Positions 8,808-16,139 of a DNA stretch of 16,200 nt are shown here, piece after piece. A model generated the notes under the pieces. That model was not told the DNA's origin. It made no database searches and saw only the letters and a program-made list of their open reading frames with translations. Position 1 is the stretch's first letter. Each line of letters opens with the position of its first letter. Source of the stretch: Candidatus Helarchaeota archaeon (lineage in GTDB: Archaea > Asgardarchaeota > Lokiarchaeia > Helarchaeales > RDOG01); NCBI GenBank assembly GCA_029838215.1, contig JALGVI010000067.1:1-16200 (forward strand). The letters run 5' to 3'. A program made the position numbers and the translations under genes.

Positions 8808-9305
8808 ATTTCAAAAAAAATCATTGATAAATTAATAGAAGCAATCAAGCAAAATCCAAAGGTTGGAAAGGTAACAAATCGAGTTAGAGTTATTTGGGAG
8901 GGTAATTTCAAGGCAAAGGCAAAAGTAGGTAATCATAAACTCATTTTTGATGAAGGTCAAATGATCGGAGGAACTGATGCGGGACCGAGTCCAGCAGGCA
9001 CGTTTCTAGCCGCCATTGGTGGGTGCGAGATTGCGACCTGCACGTTTTGGGCCAGCCAGTTAGACGTGAAAATTGAAAGCCTTGACATCACGGTTAAAGG
9101 AAAGTTGGACGTGAATGGAATGCTTGGGACGACCGATGCAAAGCCAGGATTCGAAAAAATCACGATAAAAATAAAGATAAAGAGCCCGGATCCTCCTGAA
9201 AAAATTAACGAGCTCATAGAAAAAATGGAAAAGCACTGTCCCGTGTTGAACTCGATAATCACGCCTCCGAAATTGGAAGTTTCGCACCAGCAGGTAAATT
9301 CTTGA
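8808..9305 (+). CDS. OsmC/Ohr-family protein (copy 2), about 165 aa, probable non-canonical start
   Basis: The track ORF (8961..9305) starts mid-domain at MIGGTDAGPSP. The same frame is open from 8793 and encodes SKKIIDKLIEAIKQNPKVGKVTNRVRVIWEGNFKAKAKVGNHKLIFDEGQ, the expected OsmC N-terminal strands. Cys motifs AAIGGC and KHCPV. The start position is inferred. Confidence 0.8.
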   Translation: MSKKIIDKLIEAIKQNPKVGKVTNRVRVIWEGNFKAKAKVGNHKLIFDEGQMIGGTDAGPSPAGTFLAAIGGCEIATCTFWASQLDVKIESLDITVKGKLDVNGMLGTTDAKPGFEKITIKIKIKSPDPPEKINELIEKMEKHCPVLNSIITPPKLEVSHQQVNS

Positions 9306-9320
9306 TTTTTTTTTTTCTTC
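9306..9320 (+). terminator. Oligo-T archaeal-type intrinsic terminator candidate
   Basis: A run of 11 T (9306-9316) plus CTTC starts immediately after the OsmC copy 2 stop, in the gap between convergent genes. Confidence 0.55.
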
Positions 9321-9330
9321 TCATTCCTAT

Positions 9331-10671
9331 TTAGAGCAGGATTTGTTGTCTACTTGCAGGTATCAGAGCATTGTCAAATTTCACCTTGAACAATCTTGGA
9401 TGCTCTGTATGTATGGGAATGACTTTCTTTGGATTTATTTCCTTGATTAACTTAAAGATCTCGTCCTTGCTACAATGTCCAGAAGCGTGTGCTTGGTGAA
9501 ACTCCAGATTAAAGCGTTCGCACCAGTTATGCTTGATTTCGTCTTCGATGTCATCTTCTTCGAACGGTTCGCTCATGGAATGAATGAAACTGCTGCCTTC
9601 CGCGGGCATTATGTCAATCAATTCGGCAAATTGGGAGAAGTCCAGCACTAATATGATATTCTTTTGGTTTTCGCGAATGTATTGGGCATCGATTGCGTGC
9701 TCGAGTAATTCTTTTTCCCAAACATATCGTCTTTTTAACACGCGACAATAGATGCCGATACTTTCATCACGGATGGGATCAGGAACTTCGATCCCTGGAT
9801 CTGGAAGAAGTGCATTTAATAAATGGGCGATGCGCGAAGACACGATGAACCTCCGATTCGTCTTCTTTGCAATTTTATAAAAAGTCTTCATTCTATCAAC
9901 ATCACGTCCATAAAATGTCGTGACCACGAGGTTTTTTGTTCTAGATACAATATCTACACACGTCTGATATACCTGCTTTTCCGTGAGGTTTTGACGCCTT
10001 TCTTTCGGAGCGACTCTCGTTCCTTCACAAATCAGCACGGATGGTCTTGCTTCTTTAACGGCATTTATGAAATCTTCAGTCAGGTGAGACATCGGACCGT
10101 GCCGCCTTAGGTCGCCGGTGTAAGCAATAGCGCCTTCGCTGGAATGAATGAGAAACCCATATGCAGCCGGTGTCGAATGATCCACGTGGATCGGTTCAAT
10201 TTCTAAATCATCGATCTTGATGCGATCGCCCGTTCGAAAAGTCCTGAATTCATGTTCACCAACCGAAAACCTACTCGTGAGTTGCCAGGATTCCAACATT
10301 CTCAAGGTTGTTTGACCAAAGTAAACGGGTATCTTTTCATCAACAAAGCGTAAATGCCGATTGTGATCAGAGTGGATATGGGAGATGAAAATGCCCTGAT
10401 ATTCGGGCTCGGTATATGGCAAGTCAACGTGTTCGAGCATTTTTTCAGAATATAACCCCATTAATGGTTCAATGAGATTCAAGACAAAATAATCCTTCAG
10501 ACCAAAGCGAGATTCCCTAGGCCAAAGCCAGCGAGAGAAATACTTCTCACCGAAATTGAATGGTTCTCCAAAATCAAGGAAGATCTTGGCATCTCTGTCA
10601 CGTAATAAAATCTTATTCCCGCCAATACAGCCGATGCCACCATAAAATGTTAAAGCAGTTTTCGACACCAA
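9331..10671 (-). CDS. Metallo-beta-lactamase / beta-CASP hydrolase, RNase J-related (probable ribonuclease)
   Basis: GGIGCIGGNKILL, LDFG, HIHSDH (HxHxDH), VDHS, YTGDLRRHG, ICEGT, HASGH, VIPIHTEH. GGAG SD 9 nt before the TTG start. Confidence 0.85.
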   Translation of the reverse strand: MVSKTALTFYGGIGCIGGNKILLRDRDAKIFLDFGEPFNFGEKYFSRWLWPRESRFGLKDYFVLNLIEPLMGLYSEKMLEHVDLPYTEPEYQGIFISHIHSDHNRHLRFVDEKIPVYFGQTTLRMLESWQLTSRFSVGEHEFRTFRTGDRIKIDDLEIEPIHVDHSTPAAYGFLIHSSEGAIAYTGDLRRHGPMSHLTEDFINAVKEARPSVLICEGTRVAPKERRQNLTEKQVYQTCVDIVSRTKNLVVTTFYGRDVDRMKTFYKIAKKTNRRFIVSSRIAHLLNALLPDPGIEVPDPIRDESIGIYCRVLKRRYVWEKELLEHAIDAQYIRENQKNIILVLDFSQFAELIDIMPAEGSSFIHSMSEPFEEDDIEDEIKHNWCERFNLEFHQAHASGHCSKDEIFKLIKEINPKKVIPIHTEHPRLFKVKFDNALIPASRQQILL

Positions 10672-10718
10672 AATTGTATTCTCCGTGTTTTTCTGCTCGC
10701 AATCACGTGAATTTTATT

Positions 10719-12080
10719 TTACCGGTATTTTATGAAGATTCGATGGGTTTTTTTCACCCAAGCATTAAACTCATCTTCATCATATTCAGAAGGATAATTC
10801 AAATACAAGGATTTAACGGTTTTTGAACGAGATAATGCCTGATTGATCTGAAGGAGGAGATCCAAACGTTTTATGCCGCGAATGAGTCTCGTGAGAAGAC
10901 TGATGAAACCGATCTTTACCGGTTCTCCCCGCAACACGCTTGCAAGATCGGTCTCAACCATGATGCGATTGCCAAAAATAAAATCAATATCATCCTCCGT
11001 CAGTCCGAGCAGGAATCTACGAAGCAAGTCAGTACTGGCATACTCGCCACCGATTTTATCAATCCACGTTTTTGCATATCGCCATAGTTCTTTTTTTGTC
11101 AGCGCTTTTTTCTTTCGGAATATGTCATTCACGACATCCGCGGCAATTTCGGCACCTAGCATTCCACTAGCGACACCAGAGCCCGTTATTGGCTCAGCTT
11201 GGCAAGCCGAATCTCCAATAAGCAAGAAACCATCTTCACAAAATTTGTCCACGCATCGTCTTGTTGGAATCGGTGCCCCGCCTTCAGCTCTGGTTGGAGT
11301 GAAATCAACACGGTTCCCGTATCTTTCAGCGAGTTCGTCTTCAAGCTCAGTTATTAATTGACTTGGAGTAAAAGTAGAGGAATTGGCAATAACTCCGGCA
11401 AATAATTCCACGTAATCGTCCGATAAGCTGGAGATCCACTGGATTCCACCGTGTCGTCCGAAATAAATCTTATATTCTCTCTGGCTTTCAAGCATGAAAT
11501 TCTTAATATATTTCTTCTTTGTCACGAAAGTGTCTTCGGGAGGAGTTTGTTCCAAAAAACCAAAATCTTTGGCTAATTTTTTCCTCAAAATTGCGGAAAA
11601 ACCCGTGCAATCGACCAATAATCGGGAAGAAACCTTGAATTCCTTGTCATCCTTCCTAAACTCGATGCCTTCGATTTTTCCAGATTTTACGATTGGATTC
11701 GTTACAACGGCTTCAAAGATGATGGTGATATTTTTAGCTTTCTCCACTGCAGAAACGAGATTTTTGGCAAGATCCTTGCGATCCACATCACGAGTTCCGC
11801 TCGCAAGAGAAGCACGCATTTCATGCTTACCATTAGGACTATAAAAAACGACAGGATGGGCACCTCCAATACTGTTGATGTACTTCAAAAGGGGAGAACC
11901 ATCAAGTAGCTTGATTTGCACGGCATCCACCCAGTCATGTCCCATTTCAGTTCGTCTGTTTTTCTCAAGGACTAGAACGGAAAGTTTTGAATCAAGAGAA
12001 ATGGCAAATGCGCATCCTGCCGCTCCTGCACCACAAATCACGACATCCCATGATGTATTTAGATCAAAATCATCCGACAT
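10719..12080 (-). CDS. FAD-dependent oxidoreductase, geranylgeranyl reductase family
   Basis: Rossmann motif VVICGAGAAG...VLEK; DCTG; IPTRR; GFLLIGDSACQAEPITGSGV. Length is typical of archaeal GGR-family proteins. Confidence 0.8.
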   Translation of the reverse strand: MSDDFDLNTSWDVVICGAGAAGCAFAISLDSKLSVLVLEKNRRTEMGHDWVDAVQIKLLDGSPLLKYINSIGGAHPVVFYSPNGKHEMRASLASGTRDVDRKDLAKNLVSAVEKAKNITIIFEAVVTNPIVKSGKIEGIEFRKDDKEFKVSSRLLVDCTGFSAILRKKLAKDFGFLEQTPPEDTFVTKKKYIKNFMLESQREYKIYFGRHGGIQWISSLSDDYVELFAGVIANSSTFTPSQLITELEDELAERYGNRVDFTPTRAEGGAPIPTRRCVDKFCEDGFLLIGDSACQAEPITGSGVASGMLGAEIAADVVNDIFRKKKALTKKELWRYAKTWIDKIGGEYASTDLLRRFLLGLTEDDIDFIFGNRIMVETDLASVLRGEPVKIGFISLLTRLIRGIKRLDLLLQINQALSRSKTVKSLYLNYPSEYDEDEFNAWVKKTHRIFIKYR

Positions 12081-12294
12081 GTAAGCTCACAAAAAATTCT
12101 TGTACGACTTCATCTTCGTATATTTAAAATGCTTTTCATAAAAAAACATTCCACAGATTGAGATAGCTTTTATTCATAATTATTACACGATAAAAATATT
12201 GAGGGGAAAAATGAAAATTAAAAAGTTGACTTTAAAAATACAAGATAACGCTAATAGATGAAGATAATTCTGATGATTAACCTGATCGCTCAAA

Positions 12295-13203
12295 ATGAAG
12301 ATGGAGATATTAATGGACACAGTTCGGGATTTAATTTCAGGATCAAGAAACGTGTTCCTTAGAGTGAAAGTACTTGAGAAAATTCATGAGAGAGAAGTGA
12401 TAACGAGAAAAGATGGAATGAAACACCGTGTTTCAGATTTTCTTGTTGGAGATCACTCAGGCAAGATCAAATTGGTTTTATGGGACAACGAGATCGATAA
12501 GGTTAAAGTAAATAGCGAAATTGAAATCAAAAACGGCTACGTTGATAAGTATTTTGGCGAATTGCAATTAAATTTGGGACTTTACGGGTCTTTAAACACC
12601 ATTGAACCCATTCAGGTCAAAGATGTAATCAGTTCCCTGCAACTAAAGAAAAAAAAGTATTATAGTCGATCACGTAGAAAATGGAAAAAATCTTATTGGA
12701 GTTCTAAATCACGGGGTCAGTCTCATTGGATTACTCCACTCGTAATCGTGAGTCTTGTGATGATCATTCTCTTCGGTTTTCTTTTTATGAACGTTGGGAC
12801 TAATTTAGTTCCTTGGGACCAAAATCCTGGAGAACTTGGAAGCACGTGGGAAAAAGATGCCAGTGGGATGGTCACCTATATTGTCGATGGCGACACGCTT
12901 GACGTGAGTGGACTGGGACGAATCAGACTAGCGGACATTGACACGCCAGAATCATACGAACCGGGTTATACCGAAGCCAAGAATTATTTGTCTTCACTCG
13001 TGAACGGACAAAATGTATTTGTGGACATCGATGATATCTATAAAACGGACAAATACGGAAGGTACGTTGCCGTGATTTACTTGAAACATAATGCCACACA
13101 TTATAAAAATATCAACAAGGCAATGTTGGACTCTGGACATGCCGATATTACCGATTACTACAACGAGTTCAGTCCATACTCATGGAGCTTGTACGTGATT
13201 TGA
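12295..13203 (+). CDS. Fusion protein: archaeal SSB/RPA-type OB fold, basic linker, single TM helix, thermonuclease (SNase) domain
   Basis: OB fold: VRDLISGSRNVFLRVKV...LVGDHSGKIKLVLWD...IKNGYV...ELQLN. TM: ITPLVIVSLVMIILFGFLFMNV. SNase motifs IVDGDTL, IRLADIDTPES, DKYGRYVA. Likely start is ATG 12313, after GGAG at 12303-12306. Confidence 0.88.
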   Translation: MKMEILMDTVRDLISGSRNVFLRVKVLEKIHEREVITRKDGMKHRVSDFLVGDHSGKIKLVLWDNEIDKVKVNSEIEIKNGYVDKYFGELQLNLGLYGSLNTIEPIQVKDVISSLQLKKKKYYSRSRRKWKKSYWSSKSRGQSHWITPLVIVSLVMIILFGFLFMNVGTNLVPWDQNPGELGSTWEKDASGMVTYIVDGDTLDVSGLGRIRLADIDTPESYEPGYTEAKNYLSSLVNGQNVFVDIDDIYKTDKYGRYVAVIYLKHNATHYKNINKAMLDSGHADITDYYNEFSPYSWSLYVI

Positions 13204-13267
13204 TGAAAAGAATGTAGTGTCTCATCCACCAGAACTAAATCGTGATTTACTATTCTTCTAAAATAGT

Positions 13268-13744
13268 CTAACAGGACTCTTTTGGCTTGAGCTTTTTAGC
13301 AGGGTCCGGATATTTCTTGCAGATTTCTTCATGATAACAAGGGTCATTCCAAGTCCTTTTGATTTCTTCGATCAAGGTTTCGTAAGGTATTTCGATGAAT
13401 TTAGGTTCGATTTTGAATTTAGGAGGATATAGATAATCGTCGACTTTTTCACCATCAAAAGTCAAGACCCGCACGGGGTTATGCCCTATCACGATTTGCA
13501 GGACGATTTCGTGTGGGATTTTGGGCAAGATATATTTCCGGACGATGATTTCCAAGCACTTAATAGACAGATATAATGCACGTGCATCCCTGAAGTGAAC
13601 CTCATTCTTGATCTCTTCGTTTAAGATACGGTTAAATTCGGGAATGCATTCCTTGATGATGTCATCTAAAATGTTTCCGTCCATAAAGCCCCATTTATGC
13701 AGGAGGTCCTCGGTAAGAAATAGCACGGATCTTCCGTGCATCAT
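13268..13744 (-). CDS. Hypothetical soluble protein, 158 aa
   Basis: Strong SD (GGTGGTGA) just upstream, co-directional with and 25 nt from the next gene, protein-like composition. No family recognised. Confidence 0.7.
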   Translation of the reverse strand: MMHGRSVLFLTEDLLHKWGFMDGNILDDIIKECIPEFNRILNEEIKNEVHFRDARALYLSIKCLEIIVRKYILPKIPHEIVLQIVIGHNPVRVLTFDGEKVDDYLYPPKFKIEPKFIEIPYETLIEEIKRTWNDPCYHEEICKKYPDPAKKLKPKESC

Positions 13745-13769
13745 TAATCACCACCAATCATTGATCATT

Positions 13770-14246
13770 TCAATATTTAAACAGAAATTTCATGATTTCA
13801 CGTTTCTTCCTTAGCCACCAGATATACCCGCACACGCAAGCCGACACGTCAATTATTAAGAATATCACGATGAGAAACGTGAAGAAGATCGTCAAGAGGA
13901 TGCTTATTGCAATTAAAATTCCGAGTGAAAAAAACAAGGAATACTTGATGTTTTTCATTTCTTCCTTGATCATTGATTTTCGTTCTTCATCCTCGCTCAG
14001 TCGGGATTCAAAAATGGAAAAATCACGTATTTGCACGCGGTCCCATTTTTGACGTTCGTTTTGTCGTTCAATCTCCCATTTTGCGAGTTCGGTTTTAGAA
14101 ATGCCTTTTCTATAAAGCGGATCATCTAAATGTCGCCAGCATATTCTTTTTTGATTGGAAAGCCGATACATTTCGCCGATCCGAATAATGCGACCGCATA
14201 ATGAACAGGAATGTTCTTCGATTGCCTTCCTTTCGGTCGTAGACAT
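13770..14246 (-). CDS. Hypothetical membrane protein with N-terminal C-x2-C-x18-C-x2-H putative zinc finger and C-terminal TM hairpin
   Basis: CSLC...CWRH; charged helical middle; long hydrophobic stretch YSLFF...GYIWW followed by LRKKR. Confidence 0.7.
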   Translation of the reverse strand: MSTTERKAIEEHSCSLCGRIIRIGEMYRLSNQKRICWRHLDDPLYRKGISKTELAKWEIERQNERQKWDRVQIRDFSIFESRLSEDEERKSMIKEEMKNIKYSLFFSLGILIAISILLTIFFTFLIVIFLIIDVSACVCGYIWWLRKKREIMKFLFKY

Positions 14247-14309
14247 GTCATGATCCGCTCTATTTTTTCGTATTTAGGGACATGAAAACGAAAATTTTTA
14301 ACAACCCCT

Positions 14310-14359
14310 CATTTAATTAAATGGAAATATAATTATAAAAACACCAACTTATCTTGGTG
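14310..14359. promoter_or_regulatory. Divergent promoter region with palindromes
   Basis: CATTTAATTAAATG (14310-14323), TATAATTATA (14328-14337, TATA-like on both strands) and CACCAA-N6-TTGGTG (14342-14359), lying between divergent starts at 14246 and 14410. Confidence 0.4.
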
Positions 14360-14409
14360 GAAAATTCAGACGGCAGTTAACTACATTTTAGAATGATTTA
14401 AGGAGTCGA

Positions 14410-15591
14410 TTGGAGTTGGAAGATCCTGAAAACACGGAAATAATTGACCACATGAACATTGCTTTAAAGAAGTTAAGAATGTGGGTCGAAAAGCGGGAAT
14501 TTACCACGAAATCGGAGAGATTTGAAGGAAGGTCACCGATTGGAGCAGTTACTGCCCCTATCCGCGGCGTGAATCACGTATTTGTTGCGATTTCACGAGA
14601 CAATGAAGATTACATACCTGAGTTGGAGCAAACGCTCCTGATTTTCGAAGAAAAAGGAAACGAGATTCTTTCAGGGATAGTAGAGGATTATCGGGTATCG
14701 AAATCCGATTTAGAAGCAGGAAAGGCACTTTTAAAAGTTCGGCTTTTAAAATCTCACGGAGTATCACTTCGGGACATAAGGCGAATAAAGGGCATTCCCA
14801 CGCCAGGATCGCCCGTGTTTCAGGCACTCACGGAGGAAATATTAGCGGTTTATGGTCTGCCGTCACCTTCAGAGGGCATTTCTCTCGGTGTCATTTGTGA
14901 GCATGAGGACATGATGCGGATACAAGATATGCCGGTCAAGTACATCTTGAAGGATTCGTTTTTAGGGAAGCACATTGCCATAGGAGGATTGACGGGGCAG
15001 GGGAAGACCATACTATTGAAAAACCTCATTCTGGAGTTGGCAGACAAGCAAACAAACCTTGTAGTCATCGACACGCAAGGAGATCTTTGTCAAATCATGA
15101 AACCGATGTTCGAGGATTTCATTGACGTGGATGCAAAAATAATACTGAATGAACTTGGTCTTCGTCTTGAGGGGCTTGAAGACATCCTCATGATTCGAGA
15201 CATGGAATTCTACAAGCCATTCTTTGTTGATCTCGAGGGATTCTTGAATGTTTTTCCGTGGCGCGATTTTGGCATCGAGTCTAGGAATATAAAGACAGGA
15301 GAAGAGCTTGCTCTTTACTTGCCCGAACTAACAAACAAGGCACAAGACATCCTCGAGGCACTATTCAAGTTATACATGGAAAAAAAAGATGTATTTGATT
15401 TCAACGATTTCTATCAATGGGTCGAAACGACGAAGCAAGAGGAAAAAAATCAGTGCTATTGGACTTCAGCCGATGGAACTCTTGAAATAAGAGCAAGCGG
15501 ACCGAGTGCTCAAAATTTATTGCGTGAGTTGGCAAATTTTCTCGCCCGCAGGATTTTTGATGAGGTTCCGCAACCGGACATCCTCGAATAA
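14410..15591 (+). CDS. HerA-type ATPase, N-terminal fragment (HAS-barrel-like region plus Walker A)
   Basis: AGGAG SD before the TTG start; barrel-like segment ending IPTPGSPVF; KHIAIGGLTGQGKT Walker A; VVIDTQGD. Confidence 0.7.
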   Translation: MELEDPENTEIIDHMNIALKKLRMWVEKREFTTKSERFEGRSPIGAVTAPIRGVNHVFVAISRDNEDYIPELEQTLLIFEEKGNEILSGIVEDYRVSKSDLEAGKALLKVRLLKSHGVSLRDIRRIKGIPTPGSPVFQALTEEILAVYGLPSPSEGISLGVICEHEDMMRIQDMPVKYILKDSFLGKHIAIGGLTGQGKTILLKNLILELADKQTNLVVIDTQGDLCQIMKPMFEDFIDVDAKIILNELGLRLEGLEDILMIRDMEFYKPFFVDLEGFLNVFPWRDFGIESRNIKTGEELALYLPELTNKAQDILEALFKLYMEKKDVFDFNDFYQWVETTKQEEKNQCYWTSADGTLEIRASGPSAQNLLRELANFLARRIFDEVPQPDILE

Positions 15592-16139
15592 AAGGTTACG
15601 AAGAACTCCGCACGCTTTTATTATTCGAACTGATTTCAAGGATTATTGGCTTCAAGACACAAGCTGCAAACAAGGGAAGAATAGATGACTTCCTAAAAAG
15701 GCAGAGCGTCGTGTTAATTGATGAGGCACACGAATTAATCCCGAATCCTCACGGAACTACTGGACGTGAAAATTCATTTTCCAAGCATGTTGATGAGGAA
15801 TTTAGGATCGTTGCCACGGAAGGACGGAAATACATGGTATCCATCATCTCAGCATCCCAAAGCCTCCGCAAGCTTAATCCAAACGTGGTGGAGCAGTCAA
15901 ACACGTTGATTCTCTTTCGTGGCTCTAAGGCAGATATTGACACGCTTAGCGTGCCTGCGAATATAAAAAAGGATTTATTGGGATTAAAAGTAGGGCACGC
16001 CATCGTGTATTGTCCCGGTAACTTGCCAACGAAAAACTCCAGCGAAATTCACATATATCCGCCAAGATTTCTGCACGTAAACCCACTAAAAGCGACAATG
16101 CTTTTCCTTGAAGGTAAAATCAAGAAATATAAATTTTAA
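15564..16139 (+). CDS. HerA-type ATPase, C-terminal fragment (Walker B, Arg finger); includes track ORF 15711..16139
   Basis: IKGYEELRTLLLFELISRIIGFK...VVLIDEAHELIP...VATEGRKY...SASQS...VVEQSNTLILFR...LKVGHAIV. No canonical start upstream of Walker B. Confidence 0.65.
   Translation, partial: GSATGHPRIKGYEELRTLLLFELISRIIGFKTQAANKGRIDDFLKRQSVVLIDEAHELIPNPHGTTGRENSFSKHVDEEFRIVATEGRKYMVSIISASQSLRKLNPNVVEQSNTLILFRGSKADIDTLSVPANIKKDLLGLKVGHAIVYCPGNLPTKNSSEIHIYPPRFLHVNPLKATMLFLEGKIKKYKF

Larger units (their letters stand above)
14410..16139 (+). pseudogene. HerA/DUF87-type (FtsK-HerA superfamily) ATPase, disrupted by a frameshift near 15564-15591 (pseudogene or sequence error)
   Basis: The Walker A half ends in TAA at 15589-15591. 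The Walker B half is in the -1 frame, which is open from 15564 to 16139. Confidence 0.7.

Noticed and set aside
5823-9305. Possible selenocysteine (in-frame TGA) in the Hdr-like or OsmC genes
   Set aside because: All expected redox and cluster positions are ordinary Cys, and no motif is truncated at a TGA.
12211-12261. 16-codon ORF MKIKKLTLKIQDNANR with GAGGGG upstream, in frame with the SSB-nuclease gene
   Set aside because: Too short to support; several stops separate it from the main ORF, so it is not an N-terminal extension.
8749-12268. Identical 11-mer ATGAAGATAAT at 8749-8759 and 12258-12268, each about 55-60 nt upstream of a plus-strand gene
   Set aside because: An AT-rich 11-mer match between intergenic regions is plausible by chance, and the two genes have no evident functional link. 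A genome-wide scan would be needed.
831-16003. Short opposite-strand or alternate-frame ORFs in the track (e.g. 831..1037, 3519..3701, 4320..4520, 4972..5178, 5489..5683, 6851..7063, 7898..8083, 8245..8463, 8957..9262, 9060..9287, 9823..10110, 10560..10826, 10873..11361, 11494..11844, 11875..12084, 13608..13814, 13792..14052, 14558..14827, 14850..15074, 15506..15688, 15749..16003)
   Set aside because: They lie wholly or mostly within better-supported genes and show no recognisable motifs; treated as shadow ORFs.
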